NCBI GenBank assembly: GCA_963733915.1
Contig: CAVTEP010000004.1
Span: 112,758 to 176,757, forward strand
Source of the DNA: Candidatus Sulfomarinibacteraceae bacterium
Lineage (GTDB): Bacteria > Acidobacteriota > Thermoanaerobaculia > Thermoanaerobaculales > Sulfomarinibacteraceae
Reading direction: 5' to 3'
Length of the DNA: 64,000 nucleotides
Under the pieces are notes generated by a model, which was not told the origin of the DNA, searched no databases, and was given only the letters and a program-made list of their open reading frames with translations. A program made the translations under genes and the position numbers. Positions within the stretch are counted from its first letter, which is position 1. The number at the start of each line of letters is the position of its first letter. Below are positions 26,768 through 36,048 of this stretch, piece by piece.

Positions 26768-28729
26768 ATGACGAAGAACGACAAAGCCGCGACCGACTCT
26801 GAACGCTACCCGGGAGAGATCAAACTCGCCGAGTCGGCGTTTCACCTCCTGATGGAGCGAACCGCACGGGGCCGGATGCCCGGCGATGCGTTTCCAACCG
26901 GCGATGTCTACGACATCCTCGACACGGTGGGTGAGCTGCTTCACCTCGAGGCTCTCGAAGCAAAGGGTAAAAAGGTATCGAAGAAGAAGCTTGAGACGAT
27001 GGTTGATCGCCTGAGGTCCGCTCTCGAAGGCCTGGCGGCCTGGCCGGTGGGCTCCCGGGTTCTGGTCATCGCCCCGCTCGCCGAGGCCTTCGATAAAGCG
27101 GAACTCGACTGGGTTGTCGAGGAGCTCCTGGCGGCCCTGCCGGAGCCCGATGCCCTCAGCGCCAAAGAACGCAAAGCGACGGTCGACGCATACCGCCGCC
27201 TGGCGCCGGTCCGCACGCGACTGATGATCGAGATCGGCGTGTGGGACCCGAAGCTCGAGGGCCAGTTGCGCCTGCTTCGTGACCTGAGCGCCGACCAACC
27301 CGAGGACGACGATCTGCTCGAGATCCTCAAACGCGGCATCGTGCTCAACGCCCTCTCGGGACGTGAACACCTGCTGCTCGAGGAACGCCGCCGCCTCGCC
27401 GAAGCCGAGCCCCTGCCCGAGAAGATCGCCGAGGCTTTCGACCAGATCTCCGAAGAGCTGATTGGCATCGAGATCGCCCGCCTCGGCCTCCACCTCGTGC
27501 TGGCCGATGTCGTTGCGGCGGGCCTCGTCCCGAAAAAGGTTTCGGAACGACAAATCGTGGCCGGCGCGTATCTGGCGATGCTCCGCCGTGATGATCCGAG
27601 CCGGAAGCCGGATCTGCACAAGATCGCCGGTTGGGCAAAGATCAACCACCGCAAGCTCGACGTCTTTTCCGATGAGATGGCTGCCGTATTCAAGTGGAAA
27701 CCTCCCGGCCACGAAGGCTCGATTCAGGCCCGTGAAGAAAAACGGTGGCGGGTCGAATCGCTGACGCTCCAACACATGCCGGTGCGGTGGAGCCGGGGCG
27801 CCGATGCCGAGCGGCCTCCGTACTCGACGCGGGCGGCGCGCAAGCGGCTCAAAGAGCTTCGCGAGGTCGCGTGGATGATGATCGACTGGTTCGAGCCGGT
27901 GAGGTTCGTATCCGAGGCTTTTTCATACGGCGACGGCGCCCCCGATGAAATGGATCTCGAGATCGTGCGCGAGATCATCAATCTCTGGGAGGAACAGGCA
28001 CCGGTTCGTGGACTCGACGATCTCGACCAGAGTTACCTCGATGACGATTGGGTGGACGAGGAATGGGAGGACGACACCGAAGATTTCGGTGGCTCCCTGC
28101 CCACGATCGTCACCACCGACGGCGAGCCGTGGGTCTTCAGCACGACGACCTTCGACATCGCCAAGGGCGAGCGCAGCGAAGTCATCAAGTGTCTTGACTC
28201 GGTCGATGAGCTGAGCCGGGAGCAGGAGGCCGGCGGCGAGCGCTGGGTGTGGCTCGACCCGCGCACGGACGGCGATGTCGTCATCGCGAGCCTCACCCTC
28301 GAGGAGGACGTGCTCACCGTCGAGGCCCAGTCGGTCGCGAGATCGGCCAGGGTCAGCGCCCGGCTGGCGGATCTCATCGGCGACCGGATCATCTTGAAGG
28401 ACATCCACACCGAACAGCCGACGCCCGAGCTGATCGCGGATCGCGCCGCCGAACAGCTGGCAGTCGCCGACGGTCCGGGCATTCCGCGAGACGAGCAGAA
28501 ACGGATCGTGCTCGAGGTCATCGATCGACACTACCGCGCGTGGCCCGACCAGACCCTGCCGGCTCTGGGCGATATCACCCCCCGCGAAGCCGTCACCGAT
28601 CCGGTGCTTCGTGCCGAGGTGATCGCCATGCTCCTCGAGTTCGAGGAAAATACCCGCGCCGCCACCTGGCCGATGAACGAGTTCGACTTCGGCTTCCTGT
28701 GGAACGAGTTGGGTCTGAAGCGCGACTGA
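26768..28729 (+). CDS. Hypothetical protein, 653 aa, acidic, no recognised domain
   Basis: Long ORF with coding-like composition. The C-terminal LPALGDITPREAVTDPVLRAEVIAMLLEFE resembles a motif seen at the C-termini of various uncharacterised proteins (DUF2384-like). Confidence 0.7.
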   Translation: MTKNDKAATDSERYPGEIKLAESAFHLLMERTARGRMPGDAFPTGDVYDILDTVGELLHLEALEAKGKKVSKKKLETMVDRLRSALEGLAAWPVGSRVLVIAPLAEAFDKAELDWVVEELLAALPEPDALSAKERKATVDAYRRLAPVRTRLMIEIGVWDPKLEGQLRLLRDLSADQPEDDDLLEILKRGIVLNALSGREHLLLEERRRLAEAEPLPEKIAEAFDQISEELIGIEIARLGLHLVLADVVAAGLVPKKVSERQIVAGAYLAMLRRDDPSRKPDLHKIAGWAKINHRKLDVFSDEMAAVFKWKPPGHEGSIQAREEKRWRVESLTLQHMPVRWSRGADAERPPYSTRAARKRLKELREVAWMMIDWFEPVRFVSEAFSYGDGAPDEMDLEIVREIINLWEEQAPVRGLDDLDQSYLDDDWVDEEWEDDTEDFGGSLPTIVTTDGEPWVFSTTTFDIAKGERSEVIKCLDSVDELSREQEAGGERWVWLDPRTDGDVVIASLTLEEDVLTVEAQSVARSARVSARLADLIGDRIILKDIHTEQPTPELIADRAAEQLAVADGPGIPRDEQKRIVLEVIDRHYRAWPDQTLPALGDITPREAVTDPVLRAEVIAMLLEFEENTRAATWPMNEFDFGFLWNELGLKRD

Positions 28730-28753
28730 AAAACCCCTCCGCGGGGAGGGGTT
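28729..28753. terminator. Shared hairpin terminator AAAAACCCCTCCGCGGGGAGGGGTT
   Basis: Same sequence as at 33199, 38101 and 41506. The U-tract lies on the minus-strand transcript. Confidence 0.8.
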
Positions 28754-28775
28754 CGATAAATTGTCGAGTTACGGT

Positions 28776-29084
28776 TTACCAGCGGTCACCGGAGTCGCGA
28801 CGACCACCACGACCGCCGCCGCCGCCACCGGTACGTTGCTTGGCCTGGGCCACGTCTACCCGGATGGTGCGGCCGTCGAGCTCGGCCCCGTTGAGGGCTG
28901 CGATGGCCTTGTCGGCCGCGTCGTCATCCTCAAAGGTGACAAAGCCGAAACCCCGCGAGCGACCCGTGTCGCGGTCGCTGACCACAACGGCCTCGCTGAT
29001 CTCGCCGTGAACACCAAACGCGTTGCGCAGGCCTTCATCATTCGTGTCCCAGCTCAAACTTCCAACAAACAGTTTCTTCGCCAT
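28776..29084 (-). CDS. RRM RNA-binding protein, copy 2
   Basis: MAKKLFVGSLSWDTNDEGL ... RSRGFGFVTF ... GGGGGGRGG. ATG is the complement of 29082-29084. Confidence 0.9.
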   Translation of the reverse strand: MAKKLFVGSLSWDTNDEGLRNAFGVHGEISEAVVVSDRDTGRSRGFGFVTFEDDDAADKAIAALNGAELDGRTIRVDVAQAKQRTGGGGGGRGGRRDSGDRW

Positions 29085-29229
29085 TTCTCTTCTCATCTCC
29101 CTGGGCTTTGCCGCTTCACGGCGTGCCCGTTTCGCGATTATGGTGGACCCTGCGTCCACCCGTGCAGAAGCCAACCCCGGCGGCCGGCTACGGAGTCTGC
29201 AACATAGCATTCATCCTCATGTCAAGCAA
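29085..29229 (-). promoter_or_regulatory. Conserved leader + promoter of RRM copy 2
   Basis: -10 TATGTT is the complement of 29201-29206; -35 TTGCTT at 17 nt. Hairpins are conserved, with G-U-compatible substitutions. Confidence 0.55.
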
Positions 29230-29261
29230 TCAGGGAATAGGAGCCGCGCCCGACGTTTTTC

Positions 29262-32200
29262 ATGAGTGTGGGCACCACTGATTCAGAAACCATCGGCCTC
29301 GACAGCTCGACGGCCAGCGTCGAGGTGATGCCGACGGCCGTTGTCGGCGACACCTTCTCCAACCGCTACCGCCTGGATGAAGAGATCGGCCGCGGCGGCA
29401 TGGGCATCGTCTTTCGCGCCTGGGACTCGGATCTCGAGCGCCCGGTGGCGGTCAAGATCCTCGGCGCCCACCACCAGGTCGGCGACGCACGCGAGCGCCT
29501 CTTCCGCGAGGCCCGTGCCGCCGCCGCCCTCAGCCACCCGCACGTGGTTGCCGTCCACGACGTCGGCGAGCATCACCACATGCCGTACCTCGTCATGGAG
29601 CTGGTCGAGGGCCCGAGCCTCAAGGAACACAAACCCGAAACCCTCGACGAGACCATCGCGCTCGCCACCCAGCTCTGCAAGGCCCTCGAACACGCCCACC
29701 AGCACGGCCTCGTCCACCGCGACCTCAAGCCGGCCAATGTCCTGCTCGAGGACCGGGCCGATGGCCCATTCGTCAAGCTCGTCGACCTCGGTCTCGCCAT
29801 CCGCGAGCGCGCCGTCCGCATCACCCGCGAGGGCGGCATCACCGGCACCGTCGCCTACATGGCGCCCGAGCAGGCGCTGGGCAAGGAAATCGACGGCCGC
29901 ACCGATCTCTATGCCCTCGGCGTCATACTCTACGAGCTCACCACCGGCCGTCTGCCATTCGACGGCGACAACCCGCTGGCCGTCCTCAGCCAGCACCTGC
30001 ACGCACCGGTGGTCCCGCCCCGCACCTACCGCGCCGACCTTCCGGAGCACATCGAACGCGCCATCCTCCGCCTCCTTGCCAAAGAACCGGACGACCGTTT
30101 CGCCACCGCGAAAGAGGTCGCCGCGGTCCTCAACCAGAGCCCCGAGGCAGCGGCCATTTCGGCACCCATCGGTGTCTCCGCCGCCCTCGGCGGGCTGGTG
30201 CGCGGCCGCATGGTCGCCCGGGACACGGAAATCAACTCCCTCCGCCGCTCCTGGACCGAGACCAGCCTCGGCCGCGGTGGCATGGTACTGGTCTCCGGGG
30301 AGCCCGGCTCCGGCAAGACCCGCCTCGCCCGCGAGCTGGTCGACTACGCCCACATCACGGGCGGCGCCGTCATGTCGGGTGGATGCTACGAGCTGGAGGC
30401 AGCCACTCCGTATCTACCCTTCGTCGAAGCGCTGCGCTCCTGGGTCCATCAACGTACAGACGACGAGCTCCGCGCGGCCGCCGGTGACTCGGGTGCCGAG
30501 CTTGCCCGTCTGGCGCCCGAGCTCGGAAGCCGTATCGGCCCCTTCCCCGATGGCCCGGCGCTTTCGGCCGCCGAGCAGCGCCTCCGCCTCTACGACGGCG
30601 TCGCCCGCTGCCTCTTTCACCTCGCCGAGCCCGGGGGACTGCTGCTCTTTATCGACGATCTCCAGTGGGCCGACCAGGCCTCGCTGAGCCTGCTTCACTA
30701 CCTGGTCCGCCTCGCCGGCCGCGAGCGGCTGCTCATCCTCGGCTGCTACCGCGACACCGATCTCGACCGCTCCCACCCATTGTCCAGTGCCCTCGATCTT
30801 TGGAACCGCGAGCGAGCCTCGGTGCGGATCCACCTCGGCCGCCTCGGTCTGGACGGCACATCGGCCATGCTGAGGGTCCTGCTCGGCGACGAATGCATCT
30901 CCGAGCGGTTCTGCGCCGACATCCACCGCGAGACCGAGGGCAATCCGTTTTTTGTCGAAGAGGTCGTCAAGACCCTGGTCGACGAAAAGCAGCTCGTCTG
31001 CGAGTGCGGCGAGTGGCGGCGCCGCGACGAAGGAGAACATCTCGTCCTGCCCCAGGGCGTCAAGGCGGCCATCGGACGCCGGCTCGATCACGTGAGTGAG
31101 CCCACCACCGAGATCCTCCGCATTGCCGCCATTCTCGGCAAGACCTTCCAGTTCTCGGAGCTCGCGGCGGTCGCCGACCAGTCCGAGGACGCGCTCCTCG
31201 ATGCCCTCGACGAGGCCGTCGCGGGGCAGCTGCTGGAAACCGGATCCGGCGAAACCGTCGCCTTCACCCACGACAAGATCCGCGAGGTCCTTTACCACGA
31301 GCTCAACCCCATCCGTCGCCGCCGCCTCCACAGCCGTGTCGCCGAAGGGCTCGAAGCCCTGCGCGAGAGGGGAGGGCGGGTATCGGTCGAGGATCTCGCC
31401 CACCACTTCATGGGGGGCGGATGCCTCGAAAGGGGCTTCGACTACGCCATGCAGGCGGCCGCCGACGCCGCCACCCTCTTCGCCTACACCGACTCGATTC
31501 GCCTCTATGAACAGGCCCGCGACTGCGCCGAAGCGCTGGGTCGAACTGACGAGCTGCTGAAGATCGACACCGCCCTCGGCGATGTCTATTCCTTGAAGGG
31601 CGAGCCCGTCAACGCCACCGAGCACTACGAGCGGGCCCTCGCCGCCGTCGACGATCCCGCCGAGCAGCTGCGCCTCAAGTGCCTGATCGGCGAGGCCTAC
31701 GTCGTCGTCGGCGACGCCCGTGCATTGACCTACATCGAGGAGGCCAAGACGACCCTCGACCGCGAAGCCCAGCCTGCCGAGTTCGCCCGCGCGACCATGA
31801 TCGAGGCCCGCTTCCACCACTACCACGGTCAGTCCGGCACGGCCGCGGAGCTCCTCCTCCAGGCCATGGGGCCCGCCGAGAGGTCGGGCGACATCATGCT
31901 CCTGGCCTGGATCCACTTCTACCTCGCCGGCGCCTACCAACACCTGATCAACTTCGACGAGAGCAACCGTTGGACCCGACGAATCGTCGACCTCGGCGAG
32001 GCGCACAACAACCCCAGCATCGGTTCCATGGGTTACGAATTCCTGCAGGAGAACGCCTTCATGTGCGGCAAATGGAGCGAAAGCCTCGAGTATGCCGCTC
32101 ACCACCGCGAGCTGGGGGAAAAGGCGCACTCCTCCGACCGCCTGGCCTGGAACTTTCTACCCGTTTCCTACGCCAACTACGGCCTCGGCAACCTGGATGT

Positions 32201-32846
32201 GGCCGAGGTCGCCTGCGACGACGGCCTCGAGATGGCCGAACGCCTCGGCGACGAGCGCCTGGCCGCCTTTCTCGCCGGCTGGAAGGCGCTGATCGCCGCC
32301 GAGCAGGGCCGAATCGACGAGGCCATCCCCCTGGCCGACGCGGCCATCAAACGTGGCGACACCCTCGGCCTCAAGACCGGCCAGCTCGAAAGCCGCCGCG
32401 ACCGCGCCTGCATCGCTCAGCTCCAGGAGGACCACGAGGTCGTCCTCGACCTCACCGCCCAGATCGAAGAGCTCCTCGAAGGCACCGACGAGTCCATCCA
32501 ACCGGTTTGGATGAATCCCACCCGCTGCCAATCACTCATCGCCACCGGCATGCTCGACGAGGCCGAGCACCGGATCGAGACCATTCTCGAGGCCGCCCGC
32601 AAGGCCGACATGCCGCATTGGGAGGCCATGTGCCTCAAAGTGCGCGGGCAGCTGCATGTGGCGCGGGGTGACGACGAGGCTGCGCTTGACGATCTCGGTG
32701 TCGCGATCGAGATCTTCGAGAAGCTCGGGAGCAGAATCGAGCTTGGGCGGACGCTGGTGTTGCGCGGCAACGACGGGGATCTCCCCCGCGCGCGCGAGCT
32801 CTTCGAAGCCTGCGGCGCCGGCTGCGAGCTGACCAAGCTCGGATAA
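29262..32846 (+). CDS. Ser/Thr protein kinase fused to a STAND-type AAA ATPase and TPR-like C-terminal repeats
   Basis: Kinase motifs GRGGMGIVF, HRDLKPANVLL and GTVAYMAPEQ; P-loop GEPGSGKTRL with Walker B LLLFIDDLQWAD; long helical-repeat C-terminus. Confidence 0.85.
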   Translation: MSVGTTDSETIGLDSSTASVEVMPTAVVGDTFSNRYRLDEEIGRGGMGIVFRAWDSDLERPVAVKILGAHHQVGDARERLFREARAAAALSHPHVVAVHDVGEHHHMPYLVMELVEGPSLKEHKPETLDETIALATQLCKALEHAHQHGLVHRDLKPANVLLEDRADGPFVKLVDLGLAIRERAVRITREGGITGTVAYMAPEQALGKEIDGRTDLYALGVILYELTTGRLPFDGDNPLAVLSQHLHAPVVPPRTYRADLPEHIERAILRLLAKEPDDRFATAKEVAAVLNQSPEAAAISAPIGVSAALGGLVRGRMVARDTEINSLRRSWTETSLGRGGMVLVSGEPGSGKTRLARELVDYAHITGGAVMSGGCYELEAATPYLPFVEALRSWVHQRTDDELRAAAGDSGAELARLAPELGSRIGPFPDGPALSAAEQRLRLYDGVARCLFHLAEPGGLLLFIDDLQWADQASLSLLHYLVRLAGRERLLILGCYRDTDLDRSHPLSSALDLWNRERASVRIHLGRLGLDGTSAMLRVLLGDECISERFCADIHRETEGNPFFVEEVVKTLVDEKQLVCECGEWRRRDEGEHLVLPQGVKAAIGRRLDHVSEPTTEILRIAAILGKTFQFSELAAVADQSEDALLDALDEAVAGQLLETGSGETVAFTHDKIREVLYHELNPIRRRRLHSRVAEGLEALRERGGRVSVEDLAHHFMGGGCLERGFDYAMQAAADAATLFAYTDSIRLYEQARDCAEALGRTDELLKIDTALGDVYSLKGEPVNATEHYERALAAVDDPAEQLRLKCLIGEAYVVVGDARALTYIEEAKTTLDREAQPAEFARATMIEARFHHYHGQSGTAAELLLQAMGPAERSGDIMLLAWIHFYLAGAYQHLINFDESNRWTRRIVDLGEAHNNPSIGSMGYEFLQENAFMCGKWSESLEYAAHHRELGEKAHSSDRLAWNFLPVSYANYGLGNLDVAEVACDDGLEMAERLGDERLAAFLAGWKALIAAEQGRIDEAIPLADAAIKRGDTLGLKTGQLESRRDRACIAQLQEDHEVVLDLTAQIEELLEGTDESIQPVWMNPTRCQSLIATGMLDEAEHRIETILEAARKADMPHWEAMCLKVRGQLHVARGDDEAALDDLGVAIEIFEKLGSRIELGRTLVLRGNDGDLPRARELFEACGAGCELTKLG

Positions 32847-32848
32847 TC

Positions 32849-33180
32849 CGTGCGGGCGAGACGCCCGCACCCGATGCCAACACGACCCACCCGCCCGGCA
32901 GCCGGGACGGCTGCCCCACAATCGTTTCTCGGCTCCTCGAAATGGCTTGTGGGGCACGGGTCTCGCAAACCGGGTGGGCGGTTTGTCATTGGGGCTGAGC
33001 GCCGCTCCCTCCCGCTGTCATCCCGAGCGAGTAAACGGAGTGAGCGAGTCGAGGGACCCCCTGAAGCCAGAGAGTCTTCCGTGCTCATCACTCTCCGGAG
33101 AATTGAGGGGGTCCTTCGCACTCGGCGCCTGCGGCGCCTCGCTCAGGATGACAGAGGGGGGGGCTTGCTCGGGATGACAA
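32849..33180. repeat. Cluster of three interspersed repeat families (REP-like hairpin 32849-32871; ~100-bp composite element 32884-32982; GTCATCC(C/T)GAGCG-family pair 33017-33180)
   Basis: Each has other copies in the window (54.1-54.4 kb and 58.3-58.5 kb). Confidence 0.75.
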
Positions 33181-33198
33181 TGAGGGCAGGCGCGCCAA

Positions 33199-33225
33199 TA
33201 AAAAACCCCTCCGCGGGGAGGGGTT
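33199..33225. terminator. Shared hairpin terminator AAAAACCCCTCCGCGGGGAGGGGTT
   Basis: Identical to the other cassette terminators. Confidence 0.8.
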
Positions 33226-33247
33226 CGGTTGATTGATGAGTTACGGA

Positions 33248-33553
33248 CTACCAGCGGTCGCTGTAACCGCCGCGGCCACCGCCGCCGCCGCCACCACCGG
33301 AACGCTGCTTCGCCTGGGCCACATCCACCCGGATGGTGCGACCGTCGAGCTCGGTACCGTTGAGGGCTGCAACGGCCTTGTCAGCCGCCTCGTCGTCCTC
33401 GAAGGTGACAAAGCCGAAACCACGCGAGCGACCCGTGTCGCGATCGCTGATCACAACGGCTTCGCTGACCTCGCCGTGGGCGCCGAACGCGCTGCGCAGG
33501 CCCTCGTCGTTCGTATCCCAGCTCAAACTACCAACAAACAGTTTCTTCGACAT
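33248..33553 (-). CDS. RRM RNA-binding protein, copy 3
   Basis: MSKKLFVGSLSWDTNDEGLRSAF ... RSRGFGFVTF. ATG is the complement of 33551-33553. Confidence 0.9.
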   Translation of the reverse strand: MSKKLFVGSLSWDTNDEGLRSAFGAHGEVSEAVVISDRDTGRSRGFGFVTFEDDEAADKAVAALNGTELDGRTIRVDVAQAKQRSGGGGGGGGRGGYSDRW

Positions 33554-33696
33554 ACTCTCTCTTTTCTCCCTGAGCGCTGCCTTCCGGTGCGCCCGATTCG
33601 CAAACCGTGGTGGACCCTGCGTCCACCCATACAGAAGCCGGCCCCGCTGGCCGGCAACAGACATCGCAACATAACAGATATCTTCTTCTATTTCAA
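33554..33696 (-). promoter_or_regulatory. Conserved leader + promoter (TTGAAA-17-TATGTT) of RRM copy 3
   Basis: -10 is the complement of 33668-33673; -35 is the complement of 33691-33696. Confidence 0.6.
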
Positions 33697-33799
33697 ATAA
33701 TTTCTTTTGACGGCTCCAAAACCCTCTCGTTTGAGCAGGTAGATCGCGTTACAATCTCGTCTACAGTCGAAGCGAAGCTTGCCGTTGGAGGGACAATCA

Positions 33800-36025
33800 G
33801 TGTCCGACCGAGGACTTGTCATCATCGTCGACGACGACCAATCCAGCGCCGACACTCTGCAGGATCTCCTGGAAAAGGACGGCTACGACGTCGCCAGGAC
33901 GGCGAGCGGCCCGCACACCCTCGAGGCGATCGCCGCGGCCGGGGCCAACCTCGTGCTGCTGGACACCCTTCTCGAGCACACCAATCCGTTCGAACTGCTT
34001 GATGACATGAAGAAAAATCAGCAGGCGCGGGACCTTCCGGTGATCTTCATGACCACCCTCGACGACGCCGAGGCCCGACTCAAAGGGCTGGAGTCGGGGG
34101 ACGACCTGATCGTCAAGCCCTTCGACGCGCGCGAGGTCCTGGCGCGAATCGAGCGCCAGGTCACGGTCTCGAAGGTGCGGGCGGCGCTGCGCGAATCGGA
34201 GGCGAAGTTCCGGTCGGTCATGGAGTCGGCGATCGACGCGATCATCTCCGGTGACGCCGAAGGGAAGATCCGTTCGTGGAACACCGCCGCGACGGCGCTG
34301 TTCGGCTTTACCGAGGCCGAGGTGATCGGGCAGCCGATCGAGATCATCATCCCCGACCGCTATCACGAGGCTCACCAGGAGGGCATTCGCAGAGTGAGCT
34401 CGGGCGGTCCGAGCCACGTCATCGGCAAGACCGTCGAGCTTGCCGCGGTGCGCAAGGACGGGACCGAGTTCCCGGTCGAGCTGTCGCTGGCGACCTGGTT
34501 TCTGGACGAAAGGCGCTACTACACCGGCATCATCCGCGACATCAGCGAACGCAAACAGGCCGAGGAGAAGTTTCGCTCGGTCACCGAGTCGGCGATCGAC
34601 GCCATCATCTCGGCCGACCATGTGGGAGAGATCATCAGCTGGAACAAGGCCGCCACCCGCATCCTCGGCTACACCGAGGAAGAGACGGTCGGCCAGCGTC
34701 TCGAGCTGATCATCCCCGAACGCTTTCACGACGCGCACCGAGAGGGCATGAAACGGGTGACGGAGGCCGGAGAAAGCCGCGTTATCGGCTCTACGGTGGA
34801 GCTGGCTGCGCGCACGAAGAGCGGCGAGGAGGTACCGATCGAGCTTTCGCTGTCGACCTGGACGGTCCACGAGGAGCGCTACTACACCGGCATTATCCGC
34901 GACATCGGTGAGCGCAAGCGGGCGGAGGAGGCGCTTCGCCAGAGCGAGCAGGCGTTGCGCGAGAAGACCGAGGAGATGAAGCGGAAAAACGAGGTGCTGG
35001 AGGAGACGCTGCAACAGCTCAACGAGATGCACGACCAGCTCATCATCCAGGAGAAGATGGCCTCGCTGGGAAAGCTCAGCGCCGGCATGGCGCACGAGCT
35101 CAACAACCCCGCCTCCGCCGCACAGCGCAGCGCCGACCAACTCCAGAAGACCTTTTCACAGCTGCAGAACATCCAGCTGCGGCTGGGCGAGCAGAAGCTC
35201 GACCTCACCCAGATCCAACAGCTGGTGGAGCTGAACCGCATCGTCAAAGACCGCGTCCGCACGCCTGCCGAGATGAGCGCCATCGACCGCAGCGACCGGG
35301 AGTCCGCTCTCGAGGGGCGCCTGCACGAGCGGGGCATCGACACCACCGGCGAGCTGGTGCCGGCCCTGGTCAGCCTCGATTTCGACGAAGACGACTTCGA
35401 GTCCCTGGAGAAGACCTTTCCCGCCGAGCAGTATGCCCTCGTCGTCGATTGGCTGAGCTGCATGTTCGGGATCTACAGCCTGGTCGGCGAGATCGGCCTC
35501 GCCACCGGTCGCATCGTCGAGCTCGTCAAGGCCCTGAAGACCTACACCTACATGGACCAGGCGCCGGTGCAGTCGGTCGACTTGCGCGAAGGTCTGGACA
35601 ACACGTTGATCATTCTCCACAACAAGTTGAAGAAGGGTGTGACCGTGATCCGCGAATACGCCGAGGACCTGCCGGTCATCGAGGCCTACGCGAGCGAGCT
35701 CAACCAGGTGTGGACCAACATCATCGACAACGCCATCGACGCCATGGACGGCAAGGGAACGCTGATCATCAGGACGCGGTACGAAGACCCCTGGGTGGTG
35801 GTCGAGATCCAGGATGACGGCCACGGCATTCCCAAGGAGATACAGTCGAAGATCTTCGATCCCTTCTTCACCACCAAGGGCCCCGGCGAGGGCACCGGTC
35901 TGGGTCTGAACCTCAGCCTCAACCTCGTCGTCCAGAAACACCACGGAAAGATCACGGTGACGTCGAAACCGGGCAAGACCTGTTTCGCCGTGCGGTTGCC
36001 GATCGATTTCAAGCCCCCCGAATGA
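33800..36025 (+). CDS. Hybrid sensor: N-terminal receiver + three PAS domains + histidine kinase
   Basis: GTG 33800 after GGAGGG (track start is TTG 33779). Three near-repeated PAS units (FRSVxESAIDAIIS ... ERKxAEE), H-box GMAHELNNP, and G-boxes DDGHGI and GTGLGL. Confidence 0.9.
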   Translation: MSDRGLVIIVDDDQSSADTLQDLLEKDGYDVARTASGPHTLEAIAAAGANLVLLDTLLEHTNPFELLDDMKKNQQARDLPVIFMTTLDDAEARLKGLESGDDLIVKPFDAREVLARIERQVTVSKVRAALRESEAKFRSVMESAIDAIISGDAEGKIRSWNTAATALFGFTEAEVIGQPIEIIIPDRYHEAHQEGIRRVSSGGPSHVIGKTVELAAVRKDGTEFPVELSLATWFLDERRYYTGIIRDISERKQAEEKFRSVTESAIDAIISADHVGEIISWNKAATRILGYTEEETVGQRLELIIPERFHDAHREGMKRVTEAGESRVIGSTVELAARTKSGEEVPIELSLSTWTVHEERYYTGIIRDIGERKRAEEALRQSEQALREKTEEMKRKNEVLEETLQQLNEMHDQLIIQEKMASLGKLSAGMAHELNNPASAAQRSADQLQKTFSQLQNIQLRLGEQKLDLTQIQQLVELNRIVKDRVRTPAEMSAIDRSDRESALEGRLHERGIDTTGELVPALVSLDFDEDDFESLEKTFPAEQYALVVDWLSCMFGIYSLVGEIGLATGRIVELVKALKTYTYMDQAPVQSVDLREGLDNTLIILHNKLKKGVTVIREYAEDLPVIEAYASELNQVWTNIIDNAIDAMDGKGTLIIRTRYEDPWVVVEIQDDGHGIPKEIQSKIFDPFFTTKGPGEGTGLGLNLSLNLVVQKHHGKITVTSKPGKTCFAVRLPIDFKPPE

Positions 36026-36048
36026 CCGTGGAGGGGAAGGAGACGGAA

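Noticed and set aside
26570-27775. 514-aa minus-strand ORF (26231-27775) containing the RRM domain at its C-terminus
   Set aside because: Only the last 112 codons are homologous to the other four RRM genes, which all start at the equivalent ATG. The upstream 400 codons run antisense through the well-formed 653-aa plus-strand ORF and through the conserved leader and promoter, with shadow-ORF composition.
30414-32129. Long antisense or off-frame ORFs in the track (e.g. 30414-32129 -, 1915-2802 -, 8353-9378 +, 19461-20351 -, 20857-21966 -, 33797-35140 -, 36580-37713 -, 56863-57840 -, 59757-61031 +, 62176-62868 +)
   Set aside because: Each overlaps a gene supported by clear family motifs on the other strand or frame. 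Their translations are Arg/Gly/Ala/Pro-rich low-complexity sequence typical of shadow ORFs in 65%-GC DNA.
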